A stretch of DNA of 63,995 nucleotides, the filler included, from Octopus bimaculoides (Eukaryota), in the NCBI RefSeq assembly GCF_001194135.2. It is 5 parts of 5 records of this genome, joined end to end, with 100 filler letters (N's around TTAATTAATTAA, not from the genome) between each part and the next. Parts side by side here need not be neighbours in the genome. Positions count along the whole stretch, not along the records: positions 14,791 to 45,612 come from NC_068989.1; positions 45,713 to 61,623 come from NC_068982.1; 3 more parts are not named here. One strand, written 5' to 3'. Made by a program: the position numbers and the translations under genes. The notes under the pieces were generated by a model. That model made no database searches. It was not told where the DNA came from and saw only the letters and a list, made by a program, of their open reading frames with translations. Shown piece by piece: positions 38,576-52,029 of the stretch (its first letter is position 1; the number at the start of each line of letters is the position of its first letter).

Positions 38576-38874
38576 GATTTGGACTCATACAGCTATAAAA
38601 CTAGTGAGTGTACTTTTATAATTTTCATAGGTTAGGTTGACAAAGACCATTAAAATTATATCAAAATCCGTTCATAACTTTTAGAGTTGTCAGTTTCGGC
38701 CCAATCCTGTTTGCACTCAATTCATACGGAACCATCTGTGTATTTAACGTAAGATGGTAATTTATGAGAAACTGGAAGGTTACAGAAAGAAACAGATGTT
38801 ATATTCGGGATCTACACACAAAACACCGCTAGAAAAGGTTATTCTCATTTCCGTTATTTTTTGCATTGTTATAC

Positions 38875-39085
38875 AGTGTTATTATTGGTATAAATGTAAA
38901 TTTGTAATCCGGGTATAAAAGCTGGATGTTTCGAAGCAGTTGTCCACAGTTATTTTCTGTCACTTCGATTTTCAAAGAGATATTCACATCAGCAGGACAG
39001 CTTACCTCTGTCCCAAACATCAATATCCGGCCTGTTACGCTTACACTTGACGAGTATTTTAATGGGAATGTTCCACCAGTATTCC
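38875..39085 (-). mobile_element. RLE-class LINE (R4/Dong/NeSL-like) endonuclease fragment
   Basis: EYWWNIPIKILVKCKRNRPDIDVWDRGK / EVSCPADVNISLKIEVTENNCGQLLRNIQLLYPDYKFTFIPII, containing the PD-(D/E)xK-type motif; frameshifted. Confidence 0.8.
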
Positions 39086-39597
39086 ACGCGCTGGTAGCTG
39101 TGTACGTGTGTGTGTGTATGTATGTATGTATGTATGTATGTATATGTGTGTATGTATGTATGTATAAGTATAGAATGCACACAGTCATACGTGTACACAC
39201 ACACACACATATATATATATACACACATTGTGCTTGTGTGTGCGTGTGTGTGTGTGTGTGTGTGCGTGTGTGTGTGCGTGTGTAAGTATGCATGTTAGTA
39301 TGAATGCGCTTGTAACTGATTAAAACGCCTTGATCAGCTATTACGTGCGCACTTATATACACCGCACCATAAATACATATACAGATATACGCAGTCTTAT
39401 GTATCTAAGCGAAATGACACGTAGCTAACTGTTATTTTGACACCCTTTGAACCATAATCATGACCCTTCTATTTCTCTCCCTTTCAGTACCTCTTCCTCT
39501 CCCCCTCTTTCCCTTTCAGAAATCAAAGACCACCATCTGACTGAATGGTGGAAAATTATAATAGTATAGAGATGTGCTGGTCATTTCTAGTATGTTA

Positions 39598-39775
39598 AAG
39601 CGGCGAGCTAGCAGAATCGTTAGAACGCTGGACAAAATGCTTAGACGCATTTCTTGTCTTTTTACTTTCTGAATTCAAATTCGGCCGACGTCGAATTTGC
39701 TTTTCATCCTTTCGAGATCGATAAAATGAGTACGTACTTCTTACTAACAAAATTTCAAACGTTGTGCGTATTGTA
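39598..39775 (+). mobile_element. SINE family A
   Basis: gcggcgagctagcagaatcgttagaacgc..ttctgaattcaaatt..ttttcatcctttcgagatcgataaaatgagtac. Confidence 0.85.
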
Positions 39776-40569
39776 GAAAAGTTATTTGCAGAATATTAAA
39801 CTACGTTATTGACTGATAATCTGTGAGTAAATTTTACTATTTTCAAGCAAACTGTTTATAAAAAGCGTCCAAGCATAACCAACATGCCAAGCTTACTTAT
39901 GTGTGCTCATGTGTAAGCTTGGCCAATTTAGGGTGGTCAGTTGGCTTCCAGCATATCTATAACACAACTTATCCATTAATGCCTTTGTGACATTTCAATA
40001 TCCATCACACCTCTACATGTGTGTACGTGTTTATACATTCATGCGAACATACAGTTATATGTATGTATTCGTTTTTATAATGTTCAATTAGATCATGTTA
40101 AACTATTGTCTATAGACTGTATGATTAAAACTATAATCTAACCTTAAAACTACAACAATCCTCGTAAATCGCATGCACAGACACACACACGCATGCACAC
40201 AAACACACTATACACACACACGCACGCACACGTACACTCACATGCACTCGCACGCACAGATATGTCCGCGAGTACAAAGAAAAAACAAACGCAAAAGTAA
40301 GCCACCGACCATTGACAAAAACCAGAACCATAACAAAATCATTGTTTAGCACAACTGGGAAGTTACCCTCATCAGCTGCCTAGCGGGCATCGTCATGATT
40401 TCGACACTCAAAGCAAGATCAGCTATAGGTGTATATAAAGCGAAATGCTGGAGTCATTGTCTTTCTGCTTTTTGTTGCTTTTTTTTTTTTGCCCTTTTTA
40501 ACAATCATTGTTTATCGCACCCCAATTTACTTTTATTTCAGCCCCACTGTAAAAATTGTTATTCAACGC

Positions 40570-40975
40570 TTGAAATTTTGTAGGAAGGATCCAAGTCGAT
40601 CCGATCGACCTCACTATTCGATTGGTGCTTATTTCATCGACCCCCGAAAGGATGAAAGGCAGAGTCAACCTCGGCGAAATTTGAAACCACAATGTAAAGA
40701 AGGACGAAATGCCGCTATGCATTTTGTCCAGCATGCTAACGATTCTGGTTGCAATAATAATAATCCTTTCTATTGTAGGCACAAAGCTTGGAATTTTTGG
40801 GGAGGAGTACAGTCGATTTCATTGACCCCAATACTCAACTGGTACTTATTTTATCGACCCCGAAGTGATGAAAGCTAAATTCGACCTCTGTGGAAATTAG
40901 ATTCAGAACATAAGACGGACGAAATACCGCTAAGCATTTTTCCTAGCGTGCTACCGACTCTGCCAGGTCACTGCC
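40570..40975 (-). mobile_element. Two consecutive SINE family A copies (40570-40750; 40770-40975)
   Basis: Both contain atcgacccc(c)gaa.g(g)atgaaag and gacgaaat..cgcta.gcattt motifs. Confidence 0.85.
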
Positions 40976-40984
40976 TGTTATTCG

Positions 40985-41275
40985 GCGCACAACCTTACGG
41001 TCGTGAGTTCAATTCCCGGGCGATGAGTTGTGTCCTTTGAGCAAGACACTTTATTTCACATTCCAGCCGTCTACTCAGCTGACAAAAATGAATAGTACCT
41101 GTATTTCAAAGGGGCCATCTTTGTCACATTCTGTATCATGCTGAATCTCCATGAGAACTACGTTAAGGGTAGACGTGTCTGTGGAGTGCTCAGCCACTTA
41201 CACTTTAACTTCACGAGCAGGCTGTTCCGTTGATCGGATCAATTGGAATCCTCGTAACCGACGGAATGCTAGTTA
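40985..41275 (+). mobile_element. SINE family D
   Basis: Box B gagttcaattccc, gttgtgtcctttgagcaagacactttatttcacatt, and tail ..gtaaccgacggaatgc. Confidence 0.85.
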
Positions 41276-41679
41276 ATTCCATGACAATTCCGTATTTTCT
41301 TCAAATTATTAAGTAATACATTAAACAATATACGTTTTTTCTTCAGCTTTTTTATTCGTGATTGTATGATGGTTATTGAGATGTCGTTTGAGGAAGATTT
41401 GGCTACTGTTTCCTGTAGATGGACAAATTACGTAAAGGTTCTCTTGTTTATATTTTTACACTTTTGTTTATCGATTTTCTGTGTTTTCATTGATTTCCAT
41501 ACTTTTCCAGCAACAAAATTATTTCATTTGTTATTTTCTTATTTTCATGATCTTTCTGTTTACATTTTTGTTTGTATTATATTGTCTTTTATTTATTTGT
41601 ATTTTTATCTTTTGCTTTTCCATTTCCGTTGGAAGACTTCTAAACATTTCACTTCAAACTATATTTTAATACAGCTACA

Positions 41680-41724
41680 CAAGCATACCACTACCAAGCC
41701 ATACCACACCACGCCACAGCTACC

Positions 41725-41759
<35 letters not shown>

Positions 41760-41909
41760 CATCACCACAACCACTACTACCACCACCACTACCACCACCA
41801 ATATCACGACATTCCCAAACTCACTGAAATACCACAACTGCGTATAACAACCAACTACGCAACTACCTCAATCACTACCACCACCACTAACACTACCACA
41901 ACCACCACC

Positions 41910-41953
<44 letters not shown>

Positions 41954-44014
41954 CACTACTACTACGACTGCAACCACTATTATCACCACCACTACCATTA
42001 CCACTACTACTACTACCACCACTAGAACCACTACTAACACAATTATCATCACCACTACCACCACAACTACAACTACTATTACCACTAACACTACTAATAC
42101 AATTACCATTACCACTACTCCCACTACTTCTAACACCATCTCTACCTTCACTACTACCACTAAAACTACCACCACTTACACTGCCATCATTACCACCACT
42201 ACAACCACCACCACTACAACCACCACCACTACAACCGGCATCATCTACCATCACCACTACCAGCACAACATCCCCAACACACAATCACACATACCATCAC
42301 CTACCTATCACAATAGTAGTTGTAGTTGTGGTGGTAGCAGAGGTGGTAGTAATGGTAGTAGGGGTGGTAGTTTTGGTGGTAGTCGTGGAGGTAGTAGTAG
42401 TAGTTGTGTTGGTAGCGGTGGCGGTTGTTGTGGTGCTATTGATTGTAGTGGTGGCAGTAGTGGTGATAATGGTGTTGGTAGTGGTTGTTATGGTAGTGGT
42501 GGTGGTAGCTGTGGTGGTAATGGTAGTGGTAGTTGTGGTTGTAATGTTGGCAGTGATGGTAGTAGTGGCGGTGGCAGTAGTGGTGGTAGTTTTGGTAGTG
42601 GTGGTAGTGGTGGTGGTAGTAATAGTGGTAGTTGTGTTGGTAGTGGTGGTGGTTGTTGTGGTGGTAGTGATTGTAGTGTTAGTAGTAGTGGTGATAGTGG
42701 TGCTGTTAGTTATGTCGGTTGTTGCTGTAGTAGCAGTGGTAGTTGTGGCAGTAGTGGTGGTGGTAGTTGTAGTTGTGGTAGGGTACCGGCAGTGGCGGTA
42801 GTGGTAGCAGTAGTAGTGGTAGTAGTGTTAGTGGTCATAATGGTGGTGGCTGTCACCATACCACAGCTACTATTTGACTACCTCACCATGCCACTACTGC
42901 CATCACTATAACCTCCAACGTACAAGCAAACACTCACCTACCACTACACTCCACCCCTATACTAGCTCACCACACCGCTACTACTACCGACACAACCACT
43001 GATACCTAGATACTACCTCACAATTAACCTCATTTAACTATTACGCCCCCTACACACTGCTACGCCACAACAAGAACAAAGCCTGATCACCCCCACCACT
43101 ACCACACCCCTATCAGCATCATCACCACCAACACCACAGCCACCTCCACTACTGCCACCGTCACTACCAACACTGTTACCACCACTACCACCACCACTAC
43201 CACCACCACTACCATCACCGCCACCACTATCACAACCACTACCACACCGCTATCACCATCATCATCACCAACACCACAGCCACCTCCACTACTGCCACCG
43301 TCACTACCACCACCATCACCACGTTCCTCCACCACCAACAACGCCGCCACCACCACCGCTACTTCCACCACTACCACCATCACCACCACCATCACCACCA
43401 CCATCACCACCGCCACCACCACCACCACCACTACCACCATCACCACCGCAACCACCGCAATCACCACTGCCACTACCGCTACTACGACCACCTTCATCAC
43501 CACCACCAACAACAACAACACCACCACCACCACTACGACAATCGCTACCACCATCACCACCACCTCTACCACCACCACCACCACCGCTTGTACGACTATT
43601 CCACCACTCTAACATCATCAGTCACGCCGCCACGGTCAAAATTCTCATCACAATCCCATTATCGCCATCTTAAGCCCCAAGAAAACTACCCATTTTCTCT
43701 AGAATACTTCATTCCACCCCTGTTACCCCACCACCGACACTACCACTGTATCGCTATGTCACCCACACCACCACCACCACTAGTACTACCTCTATGCAAC
43801 TACTGAATCTATGGCACTACCACCATTGCTGCAACACTACCACTACGACAACACTACCACTACGACAACACTACCACTACGACAACACCTGTCTCACTAT
43901 CATCGCTACGACATCTGGTGCTCTGCTGTAGCATTCACCACTTCTACAACTGTACCAATACACTGCTACCGCAATCACTGTGCTTCTGCTGCTACACTAA
44001 CACCACTAGTCCAT

Positions 44015-44059
<45 letters not shown>

Positions 44060-44460
44060 AACCACCACCACCACAATCACCGCCACCACCACCATCATCG
44101 CCACCACCACCATCATCGCCACCACCACCATCATTGCCACCAGCACCATGCTAGCACTACCACTACCTTCTACCATCACTACCTACCATAACAGAACCAC
44201 GCTACCACTAGCACTAGCTCTTCTACCGTCACTGCCTCCAATACGACCACTATCATTAACACTACTACTACCAACACCGTCACTACGACCACTACCACCA
44301 CTTCAACTACCACCATTTCTCCCACCACTACCACCACTACTACTAACAACATCACTACTGCCACCATCACTATCATCATCATCATCGTCATAACCACTAC
44401 ACCACCAGATCTACCGCTAACCAGTTCAACACCAAACCACCACCGCTAGTGTCTCTACAC
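41680..44460. repeat. 2.8-kb cryptic ACC/ACT/ATC trinucleotide array with two strand-polarity switches
   Basis: C/A-rich at 41680-42310, G/T-rich at 42313-42850, and C/A-rich at 42855-44460. Confidence 0.95.
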
Positions 44461-44484
44461 CACTCCTCAGCTGATCATGTCCTT

Positions 44485-44693
44485 TTCACAATAGACACAA
44501 GGCCTGAAATTTGGAGCAAGGTGACTAGTCGATTATATCAACCCCAGTGTTTCACAGGTACTTAATTTATCGACCACGAAAGGACGAAAGACAAAGTCGA
44601 CCTTGGCGAAATTTGAACTCGGAACGTAGTGATGGGCGAAATACCGCTAAGCATTTTGTCCAGCGTGCTAACGATTCTGCCAGCTCGCCGCTT
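44485..44693 (-). mobile_element. SINE family A, full length
   Basis: From a tail (cacaaggcctgaaattt) to the head (ctaacgattctgccagctcgccgc). Confidence 0.9.
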
Positions 44694-45152
44694 TTCCTCA
44701 GCCAATCATATCAGAATCGCTGTCGCAACCACCGAGAAAGCTTGTGTATCAATCGGGAGTAAACTGCGGCTCGCAGGACTTTCTGAATGGCACGCCAACG
44801 GAATGTTACCTTGAATGTTTTTAGTAGTCTGGCCCACCTGTTGCTGAGTTATGTCTCATGCGACCCACTTCTCGAAAGGTGTTGCTCATGACTACTCTAT
44901 ATGGTCGCTTGCATTCCTAGAAAAAGCAGTCAATACGACTCATATTATTATGCACTATCATCTTCAGAAAAGACCAAATGATGCAGTAAATAATATTGTC
45001 TGAGACATACCCACTGCAAGGCATGTTGGTCCTGGCTGGAATATATGTTTGATCATGGGTTGATTCGGCGACTGTTGACCTAAGACTTACAATAACAACA
45101 GCCAGCCTTACATCACCGGAAACCTTTAATAATCTAGCGCCATTCCACAACT

Positions 45153-45156
45153 ATGA

Positions 45157-45201
<45 letters not shown>

Positions 45202-45458
45202 GTTACCACCTCAAACACTCTATTACCACTACCATCACCACGACTACCATGACTACCACTACCACCACCCCAACTGCTTCTACTACCACCATCACTGCCA
45301 CAACGATCATTATCAGTATCATCATCGCGGCAACAACACCATTGAGGACATCACCACCACCACCACTACCACCATCACTGACACTGCCATCTCTACCACT
45401 ACCACTTTCCCCATCACCTCCACCACTACGAACTCACTACCACTACAACCTCATCCCT

Positions 45459-45500
<42 letters not shown>

Positions 45501-45612
45501 GAACACAACCACCACCAGCATCACCACCTCAACCAAACTACTACCACCACCTCAACCGTACCACCTCCACCACCTCCATCAACATCTCAGCTACACCACT
45601 ACCAACACTAAC
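45153..45612 (+). repeat. (CTA)n and cryptic (CAC)n tract
   Basis: Direct reading. Confidence 0.95.
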
Positions 45613-45825
45613 NNNNNNNNNNNNNNNNNNNNNNNNNNNNNNNNNNNNNNNNNNNNTTAATTAATTAANNNNNNNNNNNNNNNNNNNNNNNNNNNNNNNN
45701 NNNNNNNNNNNNGAGAGCGTGTCTCCCTGGAATATTCCTCTTCTAATGGGGATGGCTTTCGTTTTCACAAGTCCCTCTTTTGTTTGGAGCTGTAGCACTG
45801 TCTGCCATTTGTTCATTGAGTGCTC

Positions 45826-45827
<2 letters not shown>

Positions 45828-45883
<56 letters not shown>

Positions 45884-46400
45884 TATTATTATTATTATTA
45901 TTATTGTTGTTGTTGTTATCGTTGTTGTTATTTTCATATGCACTAAACAGATTAGACTGTTGGAAAAGAAACGAATCCTAACGTTGGGCTATAACAGCAA
46001 GCCTTAAATGCACCATGTATTGTCATTGTCGTTCAGGTAGTGCAACCGAGTTGGTTAATATCCGTTTGTGTCCATTTCAGGATGGGTGCACTGTAGAGGA
46101 CTACAGCAACAGCCCATATGTTGATAGCTGCCACAAGGTTCTCTGAGTTCTCTTTTGAATTCAAGAGAAGTTTGAGGCACTTCAAATATGAGGTGATGAC
46201 CTTGTCTTTCATTTCACTTTTTAAGATATTTTTTTAGATCCAAGATCCCAAAGTACTTTTGCTCACACCATCCAGGTCTTCCATTCCTTCCCCGTTTGGC
46301 AATTCTATGCACCTACAATCTGCTCTTTTCCCCCCGTTTCAAAGTGAGCACCGTATACCTCGAGATACTGAATTCCATGAGTAGAGAGCAGCAGATACTT
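45828..46400 (-). mobile_element. R4/Dong-type LINE: C-terminal RT/thumb fragment fused directly to the 3' UTR and (TAA)n tail
   Basis: MEFSISRYTVLTLKRGKRADCRCIELPNGEGMEDLDG..KYFGIL / SEMKDKVITSYLKCLKLLLNSK..NLVAAINIWAVAVVLYSAPILKWTQTDINQL..TMTIHGAF. The UTR shares the identical 23-mer aacagattagactgttggaaaag with the copy at about 16190-16212. Confidence 0.85.
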
Positions 46401-47518
46401 TCAAAGTGACGTCTAACCGACCGTTGTTTCCCAAATTTGAGACATTGACCGGTAATTTTATATTTATCTTAGAAGCATGAGTGACGAAGTGAACCATGTC
46501 ATACTTCAAACTAAATAATTAAGGAACACAAATACATACATTATATTTAATACAGCACAGTACTGTTTTTGCTAAATTATGGTAATAATGAATGTCGTAT
46601 AACAGCAAAGTCCGTAATTACTAAAATATTCAATACGAAAAATGCATGAACACTTACGCACATAGCTTATAGGCACAAAGTCATACACGCATAGAAAAAT
46701 ACAAAGATAAAAGGAGCAAAATTTAAAAACCAATAAAAAGAATTAAACAAGAATTAAAACTATTCTAAATAGAAAATTAATAACGTAATGATACTGCAAT
46801 CTTTGCTTTATAAACTAATCTTTTTATTTCCGTTAAGAATGCCGCTTCCGTTTGCCATAACTGAGTCACGAATTTCAGATAACTTTCCACGTTGGATAGT
46901 TTCGAAATTCTCTGTAGAATGGAAGCACCTTTTCCCGAACCCTACCCCAATGAAAATGTGCCACTAAAATCAAAATGGCTTATCGAAAAATATTTTTGTT
47001 GATTATTAACTATTGTTACTTTGGACATATTTTGCCAGTGCTTGGATATGTGTATATTAGCGATGTATAATGAACATCATGTATGGGAACTTAAAGTTTA
47101 ATCAATATGTAAGACAGTGATAAAAACATGTGATATCAACGATGAAGTTGATACGTGTGTATATAATGTGTGTTTATACGAAGTGTGTAATATCGTCCGC
47201 ATTGATATTAAAATATAAAAATGAAAATATGACGCATGCAGTTTAATACATTTGATGTACATTCGTGCAGTGATGTCTATATATGCATGTAAGTGAACAT
47301 GTATTTAAATGGATAGTTTTAGTTATTTAAAATTTAACATTGACTTCATTTGGTGAACATATTTTGCGCATTTTATTCGTAATTCTTTTATTTGTCAGTT
47401 ATCTCTTGTCTTTTTTCTCTCGTCTCATATGTGTATCAATATTTATATAATAATCTTGGGAAAATGTTTTAAGTATTAATAATGATTATCAAGATCATCA
47501 TCGCCATCACTATCATCG

Positions 47519-47579
<61 letters not shown>

Positions 47580-50500
47580 CATTATTATATCATGCTGTTG
47601 TTGTTGATGATGATAATGAGGATGACAAGCGAAAGTAAACGAAAGAGAATCAAAAGATGAACCGTAGTAACAGCAACCACAGAAGCAATAATCCTAGCGG
47701 TCAGATATGCATTAGTACCAAGGGCTCAGAGAGATACAGGTAATACAAGGACATGTTAAACAGGGAGCTAACAGTGTTGTATAGGTTTAGGTGAAAGACG
47801 CTATAGAATATAAAGGCTACCTTATTTAAAAAATTATAAAGCTCGTAATTTATGCGGAAATTAATTTTCAAATTGTAAAAAGACCAGAATGAAAACGAGG
47901 TATTTATATAAAAATTAAATTGTTTGTTTTCTCAATCAGGTTAGCTCACATTATCGTGACCATGCATTCACCATGTTAGATTCAGCATTGCTCAGAATTA
48001 GAGAATCTAAACATTTTGAGGAGTTTCTGTGTTATAGTGGGCAAAAGAGAGCTATGTCTTCTGGACCTTTGAAATATATCTCAAATTTGAAGTGTTTTCC
48101 TGTCGTTTTAAACAGTTTAAACTGTAATCCTATTGTTTCTCTATGTGTGTATATCGTATCATTATTTTCATCGAACTTTCTTTTCCTTACGAAGGATTAT
48201 GAGGGTTTTTCTTCATAAGGTACGGGTTCTTTGACAGCAGAAAATGTTTCTTTTGTAGCTTTTCCTTGCATTAGGTGCATCTCGTCTCGCATTTCATAGC
48301 TTTATTTTGCCATTGGGTAAATTTTCGCTTTTATTTTATTTATTAAGTAATTTTTTTCTTCCTTATTGGCCTTTGTCGGACACCCTTCCTCAAAGTGGAT
48401 GGGTTGGTGTGGCTCTGAAGGAATATTTTCTTGTTTATTGCTAGCTGCCGTTTATGTTTCGGTTAACGCACTTTGTTTTCGCCTGTTGTGACTTTTAGAT
48501 TTCACGGCTACGTTTTGGTTTCGAAAGGGAAGCATTTTCACTTTCTGATTTGCGAGAAATACCTGATCCTGCCCCAAACCCACCAAACTTCATAGTTTAT
48601 GGTTATTGTTTGTGTTCGTTTGGATTTTCTATGGAGAAGCTTTGAGATTGATATTGTTTTCACATATGTAACAGCTGGAGCATCTATCCTGGATGTTGAA
48701 CTTTAAGATCACATCAGTAACACCCACAAGACAGAGTTCTGGTTGTGTTGTGTAGTCTTATAGTCAGGAAGACTTGTGTGTCTATGGTAGTCCCATCCGA
48801 CGACGTGTAGCAAAATGCAATATCCATACGGATCGATCACCTGCTTAATTATAAAATTATATTCATGGTGACCATCACTTCTTTGTTAGACGAATCTACT
48901 AAGGATTGGTCACATGGAGATATGTATCACGTATGGAATGAGAAACTTTTCCTGTGTTCTCAAGAAAACAAATAGACCAAACTATTGCTTCCATATTGTG
49001 CATAGAAAAGGAAACATGTTGAGATTTTTCACGAAATACCTGCTTACGAGGTTGTACCGCAGAACATGGAGCATTGAAAGACAAGTGCAAGAATCAAAAG
49101 CAGGAAATACCACTGAGCACTGGTTCGTTGTTGACTTTGTAGCGCAATATAGACGGTTAATAATTGCACAAGTAACAACGAATGGTCCGTGATGACCACT
49201 AAATACTTGAATGTCCTTATGACTTTTCAAAATCACCGATTCATAATGGAATGCAAGAGGCATTCTTTCATAAAGGTAATTTTATAATATATATCAAATG
49301 CTGTATTGAAAGAAAAATAGTCAACTCGTGGGGTTCTACCTTGTTCCGACATTTCGGTACGTCATATTTTCAGTATCTGAAAGAAGTAAATGAGGGTAAG
49401 TTAAAGATACTCGTTGTGGAATGCGATATCCAAACCATGGTGGATTCATGTTTTTACTATATACAGTTTTAATTATTATCTATCTTCTCATATAATTCCC
49501 TATTTTTCTTTCATTACATATCAATGCTTAAAATATCAATTCCTACTTTTTTTTACATATAACAATACCAGATCTTGCATATGCTGTATCCCTTCTGCCT
49601 TTAGCGTTTATTGCAGTCGTGTGTTTGACCTTTAATTATTGCTTAATATGAATTTTTGTTCTGTTTATGGTTCAGTTTCGTGATAGTTCATGTTGTTTTG
49701 TTCTCTTTACTTGCTATATTAGTCGTAATCAACACCGATTCATGTTTGTTGGTTTCCATTTTCACATTTTGTCGCTGTTTGGATTTGTTTTCCGTTGCTT
49801 TTACTAGATATATTTGTACTCCAAAATTTATTAATTTATAATAATTTTCAAGCGAAAAAATATTTCATCTGCTCTATATTAGTAAGTAATATACAAGTTT
49901 TCAGTTCAGAAGGAACGGTATAATGAAAAGTAGTCTCTTAATATATTCCTTTTTCTCACAGAAATATTAGTCCTTTTAATAATTCCCTACTTTGTTCGTA
50001 ACTGTAGAAATGTTTGCTATTTATTCATTTATTCATATATCTGCTTGTAAATGATCCTACTTCTTATTCGGAACGCTTCTGAAATCAACAAATATAGTTA
50101 ATCTATCAAAACATCTGTTATGCTGTGAATAGAATCTTCATTTTCCCTCTCCCACTGAGGATTACGGTTAGCTGATCAGTAATTAATCGTTACAACACCC
50201 CTTCTATTTTTCTGGAATGGACTTATGTGTCAGGTAACCCTTCTTCCTGTGCAATATTATTGCACTTATGTCGACATACGTTGAAAAGAGGCAGACTATG
50301 TTCCTTTAGTTTCGAAAATTAAGATGGTCTTCAAGTCTCTGTGTCAGATATATGTCGAATCTGGCTCTCTCAGAAAATAACCAAATATTTTTGCAAGCAC
50401 TGTATATTAGAGTGTTAAATATTTCAGTCGGATGCTTGAAAAATCATTTTCGCTTGGAGATTTCAAGTTGTGAACTAAGAGTGTCGCTTGTAATGCTCAA

Positions 50501-51297
50501 GTTCAAATGGCATTCTGCGTCTGTTCAAGTGATGCATGTTTTGTACATTGTCAACCGTAGCAATGACATCAGCACTCATATCACTCATATCTTTCAAAAT
50601 ATTTTGTCCCACTGGTTGCCGGTGCTGTAATGATTATATTTTCACCTAAATCTTGATAAAAGTCTCGTTGTACTTGTCTGACTCTTTATTTGAACTGGGC
50701 CGGTGTGTTGAAGCTTAAGGATTACATTACAACGTGGAAGACACATTAGCCATCAAAACCACAAAAAAACCTGTTAAATTCACTTAAATATTTATTAGTT
50801 GGTGTTAAATATTTTGTCACTGGTCACTACTACAGTTCCACTGCAGTGAGTTCGACGGAAACTTTGACACCAAATAATAAATGATCGATTGAACTTAACA
50901 GGGTTTATGCGTTTCTGAATGGTTAATATTTGTTTTCCTGTAATTGCTGTAATTGCTTTATAAAAAATGTTTTGCATTTGCGACGAACTACTTATATTCG
51001 TTGGCACTTTTCAAAATGATTTAGCAAGATTTCCCTTTCCTGGGATCGTTTGACGTCGGAATCGTTTTGTTACGTTAAGATTTTGTAGTATTTGTATTTA
51101 AATGAGACAGCCCCTGGGAGATTAATAAGAGTATTTGCAATGCTTTCTTTATATTTGCTAAATGTAAATATCAATAAATTTTTTATAACAAAGTGATGCA
51201 TTGCTCGGCATTTTCGGTTTTGAGTTATTTATTTATTGGTTTTCTTCGTTATCTTATCGATGCCAAAGAATACATTTCAATGAAGTGAAATATTGCT

Positions 51298-51500
51298 TTT
51301 AAATTTTGGCACAAGACCACCAATTTCGATGAAGGAGGGGGAAAGTCGATTACGCCGACCCAGTGCTTAAGTGTTACTTATTTTATCGGTCCCAAAAGGG
51401 AATGAAAGGAAAAGTCAACCTCGGTGAAATATTAACTTAGAACGTAAAAGCAGACGATACTTTTCACGGTGTGATAACGATTCTGCTAGCTCACTACCTT
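51298..51500 (-). mobile_element. SINE family A
   Basis: aaagtcgattacgccgacccagtgc..ttttatcggtccc..aaagtcaacctcgg..taacgattctgctagctcac. Confidence 0.85.
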
Positions 51501-51627
51501 TATTTAGTGAAATATTAATTCATATTTTCTTAAAATCCCCGATGCTAATTCTCCCTCGCACTCATTGATACTTCTTTCAAAAGTGTATTAGTTTTCTCTC
51601 CCCGCTACGGAGACTTAGTATTTCTTT

Positions 51628-51832
51628 AAGGCGGTGAGCTGCCAAAGTCGTTAGTATACCGAGCAAAATTCTTTGCAGCATTTCGTCCGACTTCACGTTC
51701 TGAGTTCAAATTCTGCCAAAGTCGACAGTGCCTTTCCCTATTTTGAGGTCGATAAAATAAATACCAGCTGGGCAGTAACCAACTTTGCCATTTCCACACC
51801 AAATTGCTGGCTCTGTGCCAAAATTTGAAACC
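51628..51832 (+). mobile_element. SINE family A
   Basis: aaggcggtgagctgccaaagtcgttag..ttctgagttcaaattctgcc..gtcgataaaataaataccag. Confidence 0.85.
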
Positions 51833-52029
51833 AATAATTACGTTAGTAGTGTAAAGTACATGAAAGGTGATGGTGTATAATTAAGTTATGCAGGAGTTTC
51901 TACAGTAATTTTTCAATGTCTATTGATCATGTAAAGTGTTATGCAAATTATGTTATTGTATTGTGTAACGGATGTGTAGAATATGTAATGTGTAAATAAC
52001 TATACTGTTTGCATTTTTATCAAGATTCA

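Noticed and set aside
40352-40380. Minus-strand CTGATGA followed by a ggg/ccc stem
   Set aside because: No GAAA follows the stem, so it is not a hammerhead as it stands.
41855-44397. Long poly-Val, Gly/Ser and Thr/Pro ORFs
   Set aside because: Open frames are expected in stop-poor trinucleotide arrays.
44700-45150. Complex GC-neutral sequence, possible LINE remnant
   Set aside because: No frame gave a motif I could identify with confidence.
48200-49260. Possible L1/Tx1 ORF1 remnant
   Set aside because: Only a vague CxxC-like resemblance; not supportable without a search.
49341-49385. Minus-strand ctgaaaa...gtacc-gaaatgtc resembling a Penelope-type hammerhead end
   Set aside because: The core is mutated and helix II has no 5' partner; too degraded to support.
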